A stretch of 64,000 bases of DNA from Camelus ferus (Eukaryota). A program made the translations under genes and the position numbers. The stretch spans positions 1,676,001 to 1,740,000 of the forward strand of contig NC_045698.1 in assembly GCF_009834535.1 (NCBI RefSeq), read 5' to 3'. This document shows, piece by piece, positions 24,501 to 38,434 of the stretch; position 1 is the stretch's first letter, and each line of letters opens with the position of its first letter. Below the pieces are notes generated by a model. It had not been told where the DNA came from and searched no databases. It was given only the letters and a program-made list of their open reading frames with translations.

Positions 24501-27500
24501 CAATCCTTTGCTCAGGCATGGCTGCTTGGAGGCACAGCCATCTCTTAATGATGCAAAAAGAAAAAAAAGAGCAGCACATTAAACACAATCTGATGGCGAT
24601 CTGGAGTTGGGGTGATGTCGCTGACAGCTTAGAATGAAAGGAGATACACGACTGTCCGCAATGTGTGTGCACAGAGCACACTTGTTACAAACAGGGACAG
24701 GAGATTACATCTTTCCAGTAAACCTGAGTTCCATCAGCAAACTGCCGCGGGCGCGAACCGTCCAGGCCAGGTCGCTCTCATAACTGGGCTAATGAGGAGG
24801 CGCGGGGGGCGGGGCTGGGGTGGACTGTTAGAGACACGGGTTAGGCGGGGGCTGCCAGGCCAGCTGAGGCCACTGTTTAATCTACTCTGTTATCCCAGCA
24901 TGGTCCTCAGGAGCCTAAATTGAACCCAAATTTTGAAGGATGGACAAGATATCCCCCAGTTAACCGAATGATGTGAGTTCTGGGAAGACTTGCGTGGCTC
25001 CCCGTCCTCTCTCTTTCCTGGAAATGTTAGGCCTGTGAACGGATTTCTCATCTCCTTCTCCCCACATCAGGTATGCGAGGGGGGCCCTCGGAGCAGGGGC
25101 TCCCAGCAGCCAGAATCCAGAGCCAGGCCAGCGGTCACCACGGCCCCGGCACCCAGGGCCGCCTCAGCAGAGTTAGCTCTTCCGCAGGAAGACGTGGCTG
25201 CACACCCGAATTTGCTCTCAGGGTGAAGTTCCTTCTTAATAAACTGCAGTTCTCGCTGTGACCCCTCCCCCCGCCGCCCCCGGAGGCCCTTCTCATCAAC
25301 ATGATGACATCTACCCAGGTGCTGCAACAGTCTTTAAAAATCGTAAATCTTAACCTATCACCTAAGGGGAAAGGAGGAAAAAGGTTAAACAAGTTTGTGA
25401 AGGGCCTTTCCCAGGTGTTATTTTGCACGAGAGCTAATTGCTGGTTCTGCTGTAACAGCTACAAGAGATAAAGGTCGGGTAAACACTCCCCGCTGCAGGG
25501 GACCCGGGGTGTCCCGGGGGCAGTGGCCACCAGACTGAGTCATCTTCCTCACCCAGGGACAGAGCCCCTGCCTTTCCTGACGGCTTTGAAGGCCTGACGC
25601 CGGAATCCCACAGGGGTCAAAGGAAGATGCGCCCAGGAAGCAGAAAGCTAGGGAGCTGGGCGGCTTGGTCCAGGAGCCCCCAACCGTGGCAAGATCAAAC
25701 CGGTAACTGCCACGTGCGGAGGAACTCGACTGTGCTCCCGGGAGTCCATCCCGGCCCATCCCACATCAGCTGCTAAAGGACACGCGATCCAACCCTTCTC
25801 AGTCTGAAGGCTAGTAATTCTCTTTGCAGAGGGTGAAGGGAGAAGAACACCTTCCCCTGGTGGGGGAGGCCCTCCCCCCACCATCCTCCCCTTCCCGCGC
25901 AGCCCTGGGCCACTGGGCCCCGAATGGAATTGGATTCCCTGCGAGGGTGGGAGCCGTAAAGCTGCGGGAGAACTGTCACACAAAAGCTCAAGTCCCATTT
26001 ACATTTTCATTGGTTTGACAAAAAGAACATAAGGAAGATTTTTCTCATTTTCGCCATCATTGAAAAATGAGCCTTTGCTTGAGTGAGGACCGCTGTGCGC
26101 ACGGCTGCGGCATCTCCCCCAGCTTAGGAGTCACGGGCACCAGACAAAATTTTTTAAAAATTAAAGATGCTAGCATTTCCATTCTCTCTTTCATCGTCCG
26201 TAACCTGGTCTTAACTGCATTTGCTTGGGGATTTTTTTCTTACGAAAATAGTGTTATGTGTGACATTCAGGCCCCCATAAAAGTGATGGAACCCGCAGTA
26301 TCTCTGATGATGTGTGTTTGGAATCTATAAATAGCCCCAGTGCAAGCAAGTCCCGCAGCCACGGCGGGCAGAGGTAAGTGCGGTCAGATTTCAGTCACTG
26401 TTCAGATCGCACGCTCTTCTGTTTCGCCATCTGTAAGTGCAGGCGCAAACCTCTGCCTGGTGAGCGGGGTGGGGACGCTGCCCCTGGATCTGACTGCAGC
26501 GTGTCCCTTCATTAGGACAGACTCCCGTCAACCCTCGAAGGCCCAGACTCCCCGCGACCACGCCGGCCCCCCGCATGCGGGCAGGGCGCTGAACTCCGAC
26601 TTGTCTCGTGATCCTCGGAAGGCCTCTGGGGCCAGCCTTCTCTTCCTTGTCACCTCTGGAATTCAGCATCAGTTTATCAAAAGGCTCTCTCTCCAAGTCA
26701 GCTCCAGAAAGCAGTGCTTGAAAGTTTATTTTTAAATAATTATATTGTTTCTTTTTGTCATTATTCTCGTTATTCTTACAGCAGAGTGCTGGGTCCACGC
26801 GCTGGTCACGATCACAAAATTACTGGGCTTTGGGACGACTCACTAATGGAGCCCGTGTGCGGGGAGGGCCTCGAGCAGATGGCCCGGCCCGGACTTGGGA
26901 AATCTTCAGGTCGATTCTGGGCAACTCTAAGCAGCTCGCAATCTGAAATAAAACCTGCATAACCTTTCCAATTCTCTGCTTACAAAAGCAGAACAAAGCC
27001 CCACGGGCAAAACGATTTGGCAAAGAATGGCCTCCTCTAATGAAGACATCCGCAGGGTAAAGTGAACCGCCCGGAAGAGACCTTCTGGGGCAGAGCTGGG
27101 GGACACGTCCCAGACGCCAGGGGACGGATTTCGTGTGAACGATCTGCTTGCGAGCAGTTTTCCCCCAGGAATTAGGCACAATGGTTTGAGGCTTCTTTCT
27201 TCAGTCTGTTTTACAAAAGCACTTGTGTCTGGGGGTGAATGCAGTGAACCCATTTCACAAGCGCAATCGAGGGAGCAGGTGTGGTACCCGGACAAAGCCC
27301 TGCAGAGGCTCCGCCTCCTGGCGGGATGAGGAGGGAGCGCCTCTCCTCACTCAGCGTCGCCACGACTAGGAGTGCCATCGGCCTCTGGGCCTGGACTCCC
27401 CGCCAATCCCTCTCCGGCAGCACCAGCGGGGGTGCCTGCTGTGGTCACCCTTCCAGGCAGCTCCGAGGTGGGGCCGGGCAGTACCTGCTTCCTGGACGCT

Positions 27501-30500
27501 GGGCAGCCTAGGGCCCTCCTGAGCCCGTCTCCGTGTGCCTTGTTTGCTGGTTTCATTAGATAGACTCACTCTTTTTTTTAACTTAATAAAGTTCATTTAA
27601 AATAAGGCTTTATGTCATCACTGTAATCAGAATCATCCTGTTTCTAAATACAAGTCTACTTAAATAGGCTATTAAATTCTAAACTTAAAATTAACTGTCA
27701 TTTACAAGGGTGAGGATCTCTAAACCATTTCTAAAATGTTCCTCATTGAGGAAAGCAGGTTTCTCCAGGGGAGAAACGCTGTCTCAGTAAAAGGTGACCT
27801 CGCCCGCTGTCTCGGTCAGGGAGGCTCGAGGTCAGCGCAGCAGCCGGGACCTATGTGTGCGGGGCGGTTCTCTCCGGCACGTGGCGGAATGAAAACAGGT
27901 GAGTGTCTTCTGCAGAACTGCACTCGGCAGGACACACAGGACGCCGGCTCAGTTCTCTCCCCCACCTGCTTTTCCCTGGAAGAGTTTGTCCTCAGTGGTC
28001 CAGCAGCGCCCCGTCCTCACCCTTGTCGCCACCTAGTACTGACCCCGAGCCCTCTGTCTGGACGTGGTTTGCTCTCTGCAAGGATGCTTAGCGCCCCCTC
28101 CCCAAGCCAGGGAAACTGAGAAGTGGAAATATTATATAAATAAATACATGTATTTCTCTCCCCCTCCCCGCCCTCCCCCCACCTCTCCTACCCCGCCCCA
28201 CCCCCCTCGCCCTCTCCAACATTCCCCTTCTCGGGATCTGATTCGTGGCCACCTCACCCTGCAGTGCTCGCCCCCCACCCCACCTGTAACTACATCTCGG
28301 GCTGCAGGCCTCGGCAGAACAGGACCCCCAGACCGAGCAAATCCCCAAAAGGGGCCCCAACACCCAACATCGTTTGGCAGAGTTTGTCAGGCTAGCCTAT
28401 TTCAAAGTACCATCCAAAAGTATTTAAAGTGCAGGAACAGCAGAATCTTTGATTTGATAACTCTTAAGGGAGCCAAAATATTTACATTAAAAACAGATCA
28501 TTTGGCCCCGCTCACAAAGTCAGACCCTCCGAAGAGCTTTTAATGGTCTAGGCGTGCACAGACCTCTTCAAACTGGCTGGTGACCAGGGATGGTTGGTAA
28601 GAGTGGCCGACCCCACCCCCGGGGTTAGGATTCCAGGCCCGGGCCCTCGGAGGCCAGGGGGCAGCCCCCAGGCGTTACCGCCGGCTCGCCCTGCACCCTC
28701 CCCTACTTGCATCCTGTTATTTAAGTAGAATGCACACGTGGGAACATTTTTGCTGCCCCCTTTGAGTCATGATCTCAAGCAAAATAGAGCTTTGCACACT
28801 ATTATTCAGCTTTTTGGTTATTTAGATTCATCCCCACCAAAAGTGACTGTGAATACAGGAAATGCTTGAGCGTGCTTGTGAGTTAGGGAGGTCCCAACTT
28901 AGGACTATTGCCAACGCCTCCCTTCCACTTGACCATCAGATGTTCAAAGCCCGCCCTTCGTGTGCGTTGGTCGAGCCCCCTCCTGTGGCCTCGAACCGGA
29001 AGCGCCTTCTCAGACGGCAAAGCGGCCTGTCTTTCCTTCGCTGACCACGGTGTGCAGACCCCGCAGAGCCTTTCCCTTTGCTGGCAGAGACCGGAGGACC
29101 AAAGCCCAGCAACAGGGACACACTGACAAGAGAGAGGAGGTTGGTGAGAGGAGGTCAGCAGTTTTCACTTGAAGAACTTCTCTAGTGCCACGGGCAGTCA
29201 GCATCCGAGGCCTCGGGCCACGCGGAGCTCAGCCGGGAGAGAGGCGCGCTGGGAAGAGACGCTGAGGTCGCAGAGGGGACGCATGAGACGCCACGGGAGC
29301 GGGGTGAGGGCCAGGTGCCTGGGCCCGGGCCGACCGCGGCGTCTCCAGGGGACGGCGAAAGCTGGGGGGGGGGGGCGGGCGGGTGGTTTTCAGTTATCGA
29401 CACGAGAAAGTTTCAAAAACCTCTCTGCCCAAGAGGAAGAAAGCAAAGCTGCTGCCTTTTGGGTTCACACGATCTTCACTGTACTTGCTACTGTTCGTTT
29501 CATATATATTTACTTACTTTTTCTTTGAGGGCAAATCATTAAATATTACTTTGATTTTTTTTAATTATTAAATTTTATTTCCTTCAAAACTCGATTTGAG
29601 TCTCTCTCTTTTTCCCACTGATGTGTTCAGGAAGCCCCAAGAAGAGGGAAATTGTAGAAAGTAGTTAACGACTCAGACCCGGAGCCCGCCCTCGTGTTTT
29701 AGACGTTTGCTCTTGTGACGGGAAGAGACGCTCCTCAGTGTCAGAGAGTCTTCCTTCCAGTGTGGCTTCTGGAGGGCTTCCGTCTCCATAAAGAGGTGGC
29801 TTTAAATACATCTTTTTCAATGAAACTTGACTTATTTCAAGTGATTCCGAGGCATGGGTAGTGTTCCCCGCGGACTGGAGAACGAGATTGATCTCCTTGA
29901 AAACCGCAGAACGCCAGCGTCTCCCTCCCCAGGTCCGCCCCTCCCACCCCCCCACCGAGAAGAGATGGACACTGTGATTTACTCAGGAGGCGCCCGGTTT
30001 TGCTCTGCGCTGAGCGGGCCTCCTCCCGTGAGGACGCGCACTGCGTGGGGAGCGCGTGTCCCTCCCCGGCCCCGTAGCAGGGCTGCGAGGTGGACGCACC
30101 TCATTTAATTAACAGACGGAGATAAATTACAGGCTGTGATTTCTACTCAAAGTAATATTTCAACAGTCGTACCTTTCTAGTACGTTTTCTTTGTTTTTAC
30201 AACTGTTCCCTAATCTGAAATAGTTTGCAGTGTCAGCGATGAATGAGAGTTAATAGTGTTTGCCCTTCATGGCAAGAAACAGAGACGTGTAATTCAGTCG
30301 TGGGAAGAAAATTAAAAACCGGCTTCATCGGTGAGAAGCGGGGCCGTTTACAACGTCGATGAGCTGATCTGTAGGAGGTAATGTGTCTCCCCCCGAAGTG
30401 CAACAAAACAGGTAGAAACAGTTGCTTCCGTGACTTTGTCCCCAGTGCTAACCAGAGGGCGGCAGGTGTCCTGACAGCTCTCAGTTCCGTGATGGCCACT

Positions 30501-30538
30501 TAAGTTGAAAACCTCTTGTTTTTACAAACTGCTGACTG

Positions 30539-30972
30539 CAGGCAGACCCCGGGGAAGCTGTAGGCTCCTTTCCAGACCACTGCAATGAAGCGACTATCCC
30601 AACAAAGCGAGTCACACAAATGCTTTGGTTTCCCAGTACATAGCTGACACCCTACCACGGTCTGTTAGGTGCGCAATAGAATGAAAAAAACCGTGTATGC
30701 ACTTTAATTGCAAAATACTTTGTTGTTAGAAAGTGCTAACCATCATCGGAGCCTTCAGCAAGTCGTGGTAGCATCTGAGATCACTGGCCACAGACGCCAT
30801 GACAAAGACAACCATGAGAAAAGCCTGAAGTACCTTGAGAATTAACAACATGTGACTCAGAGACAGGAAGCGAACAAATGCTGTTGGAAAAATGGTGCCT
30901 TAGACTTGCTCAGCGAAGGGTTTGTTTGGAAGCGCAGCGCCTGTCGAGCGCATGGACGGGGTGGCGCCCCTG
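30539..30972 (-). mobile_element. Tigger1-derived non-autonomous DNA transposon (Tigger1a_Art-like)
   Basis: One Tigger1 end is seen as caggca...ttccagaccactgcaatgaagcg...aaagcgagtcacacaaat...ggtttcccagt. It joins by internal deletion to aaatgctgttggaaaaatggtgcc...agacttgctc and a degenerate TIR ending in cctg. Confidence 0.85.
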
Positions 30973-31164
30973 CTGTCTCTGCCCAGTTCCGAGGGGAGAA
31001 GAGGCCGCTGGGCCAGTTAACATCTCTCAGCCTTGTGAAGTTAGAACCTGCTGGCTGCATGGATTCCAGTTTCACCAAATCAGGAAGAAGGTCCAGGGAC
31101 AGAATAAAACACAAATGAAAGGTTGATAACTCAGGAAATTAACCTCTCAAATCGCTGCCTTAAA

Positions 31165-31750
31165 GAACGAATCTTTTCATAAATGGTGCTGGGTTCACCA
31201 TTTGGATAAAGATACAGTTTGATTTGTACCTCACACCATATACCAGAAAAAACTGCACATGTAATTAAAACATAAATATTTTAATTAAAAAAATAAAACC
31301 ATGGGTATTAGACAACTGTGAAAACCATGAGTTGATTCAATTCTAAAATGGGAGTGAAGATAACTTTCCTAACTATGGCTAAAAATCCAAAAGCAATAAA
31401 ATATTCATGAATTTGATAACAATGTTTAAATGTTTATGTCAAAACTAAATCACCATAAGTAAATTCAAAAGTTAACTGACAAACTGAGAGGAAAGACAGT
31501 TGCCACTTACAGCCTGGGCAAAGGGGGTAATATTGTGAATAGTAACAGAATTTTTAAGAATGAAGAAGAAAAGAACAAAAACTCGTAGAAAAATAAGCAA
31601 AAGACAAGAGATGCTTAACTTCTCAACTTCACTCAGAGCAATTTAAAAATCTCACCAGCACCTTATTTCTCACACCTCAGAGAGGCAACGGTCCCCCAGA
31701 CTGGCAAACTCTGTAGAAATGGGTACATCTTAACTGCTGGTCATCAGGAA
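31165..31750 (+). mobile_element. Old L1 (L1MC/MD-type) ORF2 3' fragment
   Basis: ttttcataaatggtgctggg, tacctcacaccatatac, aactgacaaactg, agaaaaataagcaaaagaca are typical L1 ORF2 3' motifs. Strongly A-rich. Confidence 0.8.
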
Positions 31751-34700
31751 GTGTTCAGAGGACCCTGCAGGGACTGGAGCCAGACAGCAAACACACGGTG
31801 ACACTCAGGAGCCAAGCGTCTGTCCTTAGGTGAGAAAATGACTCTCTCCTTCGATTTGATTCTCAGGCTTGTGGCTTTTTATAAAGTGCCTTTCCTATTA
31901 TGACAGAATTGGTTTCTGAGATTCTGAAGGGAGGGAAATGGAGCATCTTCCCTTTTCAATCTCTAACCAGTCTTTAAAAAACATTTTATGTAATAGATAT
32001 GCCAAGACACGATTTCATAGGCTACAAATCTTGGCCAAGTTCTGAAGGAGGTAGTTTTCTGCCGGGCCCCGGGAGGTGCCCACCGGAACCAAGGAAGGCA
32101 GGAACCGCATTCTCCAGGTGCTGGTGGGCTCAGAACAGCAGCACGGTGCCAGCCGCACCCGCAGTGGCTCACCTGCAGCGGTTCACCTGCAGCCTTCCAG
32201 TCCGCGGAGCTGCCGACCCCAGGGGCGCCACTCACGCGGGTCACGTGAGGGGGTTGTGGACTGATGATGAACCAGATTTTGGTTTTGTGTTAAAAATTAG
32301 ATTTCATTTTATCTTAATTTTGGAGTTGTTTGGGGGCGCTAAAAGTAGGGTGGGTCACCCTGTCACTGGGCCCCCTGGCGTGTGGCACTAGAGCATCATT
32401 GCTGAGTGGCTGAAACGAGTACAGAGAAAGGGCATCTTCAGAGCCTGGGACCCTGTTTTAGACCATGGCCTCACCACCTCAGCAGAGGGTCCCCTCTGAA
32501 ATCTGCTGGGCCTGCAGGGGAGGGAGAGGGAACCCACAGAGAGAGGTGGGCAGGGAGGTCTCAGCACCCAGGGCCAGTGCCCGGCGCGACTCTGAAGTAG
32601 CCCGCCTGCTGCCCCCCTGCCTCCCCTCTGCCTCCCCGGTCTGGTCACAGTCCCCCAGACCCCCCAGGCCCCGTCCTGCCCTGCAGGGACCCCGCCCAGG
32701 CCTGGGCCCACCTCCCCCAGGTCTGCTGCACCCTGTGTTCGTGCAGGAAGCTGACACTCTTCAGTGCACTTTCTCCTCCCACAGGTGCAGGCGTTTTAGG
32801 GAGACAAAAAGTAGTAATGTGAATATTATTTAGGTGCCAGTGTTTTCATAAAGATCACCCCAGATCCTAGCACTGTGTGCTCACACACAGTGGCGTGTTA
32901 CCGCGTGTATCTCTGGTTCTGTGTAAGCCTCGCGGAGGACGATCCGCGCGCAGTCCCCTGCGCACAGACCCAGCTATGGCCCCCGTCAGGGCAGCCTGCG
33001 GCGCAGCCCTGACCCCCCCGCCCCTGGGACGAGACGCCCCCTGGAGTGCCCGCAGTCCGGGGAGGCCCTCCTGTGAGCTAAGCAGCCCCCTCGTGCGGGC
33101 TGTTAGTCCTCCCAGCACTTGCTCAAGTGTCAGCACGGGCCTAGGCTGCGCTCAGCCCTGGACCAAGACTGGTGACGCTGGGCAGGCCCCTCGCATGCGC
33201 CCTGACTGAACCACACCCCGTCCGTCCCCAGCCTCGCTTTTAACCCCATGCCAGGGCTTCCCATCATTAGCAGGGCAAAGGTGGCAGTACTGGGCGCGGA
33301 ACCTGCCAGCCTAGCCTCTGCCTCCCTCTCCAAGCATCTCCCTGTCCCCGGACGCCCCTGCCTCCCCAGTTCTCTGAGCCTCCCCCACTGCCTTCCAGGC
33401 CTCCCTCCCACACGGAGCTCCAGACTGTCCTGAGCCCCTTTGGGCAGCCCCCTGCTGCCCCCCAGAGCTTCTCGGAATGACCAGTCCCTCCCCCGACACT
33501 CTCGTCCCAGCAGCTCGGCTCCCAGGGTGACGGCACCCTGCTGGGAGCACAGTGTGCTCGGTGAGCGCTTCTGCAGGGGAAGAGTGAGTGAGTGCCAGGT
33601 TCTGCCCTATCTTCTAAGTCCAGCCAAGCTTCGACTTTCTCCCAGAGACCTGAGGAGCTTCATCAGATACTTCCACTGTCAGTAATCTCTTAGCAGTACC
33701 AAAAAAAAAAAAAAAAAAAGCCTTCTTTTTCTGGCAGTAAAGAACATAAATAAGAGGTGGAAATTTACATATTTCATAATTAATTGCCCTTCAAGAATTC
33801 ATGATCAAAACAATAGGAGGATGAATAGAATGCTAACATGTTTATTCAACAGCATGTGGTGAAAGTCGGTGTGCTGGTCCCAGCGGGTACGCCTCGTGGG
33901 CACAAGCAGACAAGGGGTACAGGCCTCTGCCCTCAAGGGAGCTAGAGTCTGGTGGTCCTAGTGGACCCCATCAACCAGCGATCATGGTCACCTCTCAGCC
34001 TTCCTGGGCACAAGGAAGCTGCGAAGCGCTGTCCCTCCCCTGTTCGTCCTGGGTGACATGACAGAGCATCCCCATTGCTGCTCCAAGTCCGGTGTGGGTC
34101 CCTCAGCCTCGGTAGGACCTCTGGCCGCACCATCCAGGTCGTAGAGATAGGAGAAATTCCAGAAACCAGAGCACTGCCTTCTCCAAAGCCCTCCAGCCCA
34201 CCCCCCGCCCATTCCCACTCAGAGGTGGCCCACAGGTCCGCAGCAGGGCACGCCCGGCGCTGACCCCCAGGCCTACAGAGCGGCCCCAGCCCGCACCTTC
34301 ATGAGCTGCCTGGGTGATTCCCAACACCTCGCAGCCCAGCCCCGGCCAGCGTGAAGCCTGTTGTCCAGCACAGACACGACCTGCAGACCAGGCGAGGGCT
34401 CCCCAGCACGCTCCTCCCATGTGACATTGCCGCCGCGTATCCCAGACCAGCTCCGTCGTCACCCCGATTTCCGCTTCCGACCCCAGCCTTCCCCCTGCAG
34501 GGCGCTCCTTGCTGCCTCCCTATGCCCGAAGCTCCCTGTTTATCAATCTCATGAGCAAATGCTCACTGACGACCTGGGAAGGGTGTGAGTGCGGGCTTGC
34601 GTTCAAAAGATGCTGGCAGGTTTCAGGGTCCCCAAGACCACCGCCACCTTCAACCGTTCCCGGGGGGACCCCCAGTGTGCAGCCATGCGTTGTTATATCA

Positions 34701-35405
34701 AAACAGCACAGACCGTGGTGAGCAAGGGGGGAGCCGGGGGAGACTGGGCGCGGCTTCCAGAGCCCTCACCCCGTGGGGTCATAGGGGACGCTGGATCCCC
34801 CCGCAGCACACCGTGAGGACATGGATGCCCCCTAGAGACTCAGGGCAGCGGTTCCAAGGGGGCTGGTCGCGTGGGCACCTGCGGCCGGGCACCTGCCGCA
34901 ATCCCAGACTCCCAGCAGGCAGGCAGGATTCAGCCTAAGCCCAGGATTTGGACAAGAGTCTGGGCACAGTGAGGCCCGCTTACCAGTCAGGGCGGTGAGA
35001 ATGCCCCATAAATCCGTCTCTCAGACGCCAGCAGCGGGCCCGCCTTGCCAGCAGCCCTCGCTAACCCTAGCAGTCTCGGGCCACTGGGCGCATGCGCTCA
35101 TTTTCTTCAAGAGACTGGAGTCTGACAGTCACCGTCCACACAATGTGCCGCCTTAAGGGAAGGCCTGGGGGGCTCAGTCACACGCCGCAGGGCAGCCCCC
35201 GACAGTACGGCTCAGGGAAGGACAGACGTCTTCGGAGGCAGGCTCACTGCTGTGTGGTCCCTTCACAGCCACCGTCCCAGAATTTGCAACAATATGAAAA
35301 CGCAGCTCTATTGCAAATTAATGGATGCCCCAGTATCCAGGAGTCCCCAGCGTAACACCTGAGTGGAAATACAAACTTCCTCAATGATATTTTTTAAAGA
35401 GCTGG

Positions 35406-35520
35406 TTTTATTCTTTTGTTGTTTTTTTGGGGGGGTAATTCAGTTTATTTGTTTAATGGAGGTGCTGGGGATTGAGCCCAGCAGCTAAGCACATGCTCTG
35501 TCACTGAGCTACACCCTCCC
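35406..35520 (-). mobile_element. Vic-1-type tRNA-derived SINE (internally deleted)
   Basis: Reverse complement reads gggagggtgtagctcagtgacagagcatgtgcttagc...ctgggctcaatccccagcacctccattaaacaaataaactgaattacccccc plus an A-tail. Probable TSD caa(t/a)gatattttt at 35382 and 35523. Confidence 0.9.
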
Positions 35521-38177
35521 TGCAAAGATATTTTTCTAAAGGAGAAATCTCCCTGTCCTCAGGCCGCAGGCACAGACCCTGGGACGCCACACCGGTGGCA
35601 GTGATCTGCACGCAGACTGGGCCGTACTGCCACGTCAAAGACATTCCGGCAAAGTCTGAGCTTCACCACCACTGACTGTTACTTGTTTTACTGACTGTTC
35701 AGAATAAAAACCAACCATGATTCCCTCGCGTATCGCCTCCCATGAGGCCCCCCCACGGCCACGGCCCTGTTCTCATTCCCTTGGCGAGAACCCGAGACCA
35801 CGGGCTGACACAGGCAATGTCCCCAGCGTCCCTCACGCACGTGACACAGGAGGCAGAGTGACATGGACCTACTTTGATGTCTTTGGAGTAGCCAAAAGAT
35901 TAGCATAATTTGACAAGGCCGAAACCAGGAAAATGGAGATTGGTTAAGGAAGAATTTTAATAAAGACTGAAGCTAAGCCACGATTCTGGGTTTGCAATCC
36001 CCCAGCGTGGCTCACCGTTCAGTTAAAATGTGAGGAATACGGGGGCTGCTGCTGGGTCGGTAAAGGTCTGCACGCACGGGTGTGTCTTTATGGCTCACCT
36101 CCATGCAACGCGGCTTGAAAGCACAGTTTGTCATTTCTTCCCAAATCGACACGAGGTCTCCAGCCATGAGATCGCAGGGACGGGATCTGGTTGGACACTC
36201 GCTGCAGAGTCACCCCGAGGTCCTCCGTGCGGGAGGCACAGACACGACCTGAGCAGCCGCACGTCTTGCTGAGAGCACCTCCGCTCTCCCGGGTTCGGCT
36301 GAGAAGCCCAGCACGTGCAGGGGGGCTGGGGCAGCCGCGGGGCAGCCCCCCTGCGGAAAAAGCCTCGCCCACCCTTGGCTGGGGAAGGCCACCTGAGGTT
36401 CAGTGACCTGAGCCACCGTGAAGAAGGCACCCTCCACTGCAGCCAGACTCCAGCACCTCTGAGCCCCAGCTGGCAGGCTCACGCGCGCAGCCCGGGGCGA
36501 GGGCACCTGCTCACCCCAGCGCGCCCTCACCCCTCGTCTGGTGGCCGACGCGCGCGCGGCGTCTGCGAGGGTGGCCCACCCAGCTACTGTCATCATCCCG
36601 GGAGAAGTTGTTCCTCCACTAACTGGTGAACAAGTTACTGTGATTTAGCCAAAGTCTGCTGTCTCTAGCTTAAAGGCTCACAACGTTCTGAAGGCGCCAC
36701 TGCTCTTCCTGCTGGGGCGGGCCCTGTCCCCACGGGAGCAGGGAGCTCAGCTTCGGAGAGGACGGCGAGCACAGTCTGGTGGGTGTGAGGCGCACCCCTC
36801 GGGTCTTCCCTGTGGTTTTGCATATTTGCAATTTGAAATATTTATACAGTAGGAAAACAAAAATGTTTTCTTAAAAACATCTGCTTGCAGACCATAGGTT
36901 TCGGCCTCCTTTTCTGGCTGGAGACAGAAGAGATTCAGGGGCTGCTGTCCAGGGCCTCCTGGCTGCAGGTGGGTCCCGGCAGGTGTTTGCTGGGGAGTAG
37001 GTCGCCAGGTCCCCAGGCTGCACAAATGAACCCCATCAAACCATGTCGGCAGAGAGATCCGTCAGGAAGGCAGCCCTCTGCGCGTCGGCGCCGGCCGCTC
37101 CTGGAGCTGGAAGAAAAGCCGGTGGCTGGCTCAGAAAGGGACAGAACCTCGTGGAGAGGAGAGGCGGGGAAGCTCCGGACTCAGCGCCAGGCCGTGTCCT
37201 TGACGGAGGCTGAAGAGTCCTTCAAAATGCCAAGAGGCCAAGACGCTTGGTGAACAGGAGACCTTAACATCATGTGTTCCCCTGATCTCACGATGCGAAG
37301 CCGGCAGGTCCTCAGGGGGCCCCAACAGAGCTCTCTTGCCTTTCGCACAGCTGTTGGCGACATTCAGGATTACGGTTTCCCTTCAAACTGGGTCCTTGAA
37401 AGATTACAATCAGCACAGCTTATCAGATGACCCCGGATGGGGATTCAGGATGAGGAGGAAAGAAAGAAATGTGGTTTTAAACTACTGACACTTTAGGGTT
37501 GTCCGTCACCAAAAAATAACTTGGCTTACCACACGTGCTGGGAGAGCTGGTCCGGCAGTGGGACGCTGTCACGGCAGAAACCCTGAAGCACGCGGCCCTG
37601 ATTGAGGGGAGCTTGTAAGGGTGCCAGCCCATCTGTGAAGGGTGAGATGCCTTATAGAACGCTCACCTGCAGCACTTGAGTGGCATGTAGCACGTCTGAT
37701 AGACGGAAGAGCTCGCAGGGTGGCAGGTTAGCAGCATGAGCCAGTTTTTTTTTTTTTTTTTTGACTGCATTTGACATAGTACTACAAGAAAGATGTGAGT
37801 TCAGAAAAAAAATGAGGAATAGAGATTAGAGTCCAGAAATGAAGGGGCTTTCAGAATTGGAAGGTACGGTTTTCTTCTCATCAAGGCATGGCCACCAAGC
37901 CCTTTGTTAGAACTGCTGAATAGATGAGGGTACCGCGGAGCAAAGCCACGTTCCGACGGGACAGAATGTCTCAGGCGCACGACTGAAGGTGTGTCTCTTC
38001 CGTCAGAGCCAGACAGGCTCAAGGAGACGGACAGACAGAGCCCCAGACAGAGAACTGACTTGGGGGGCAAAAGAGCAAAGGCAGAACTGCTCTAAGTCGG
38101 TAGGAAATTAGCACAGAGACCCGCCTAGAATCAGAGGTAAGAAATCCATTGTTTTCTGTGCTCCGTTTTTGTCCTGT

Positions 38178-38434
38178 TTCTTTAACTTTGGTAGGCTATA
38201 GATGATATTTGGCATTTTAACCGCTTTCACGTGTACAGTTAGTGGCTTTACGTACATTTACATCATTGAGCTGAGTCACCACCACCCCTCCCCAGAGCTT
38301 TTTCATCGTCCAAAACTGACGCTGAGCTCACGACACACTGATTCCTCATCCTCTCTCCCCAAGCCTCTGGCAACCACCATTCTTCTTTCTGTCTCAATGA
38401 ACTTGACAATTCTTACAGATGAAATCATACAGCA
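38178..38434 (-). mobile_element. L1MB-type 3' end (left piece, interrupted)
   Basis: cattttaacc...gtgtacagttagtggc, cctctggcaaccaccattct, ctttctgtctc, gaaatcatacag. Confidence 0.8.
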
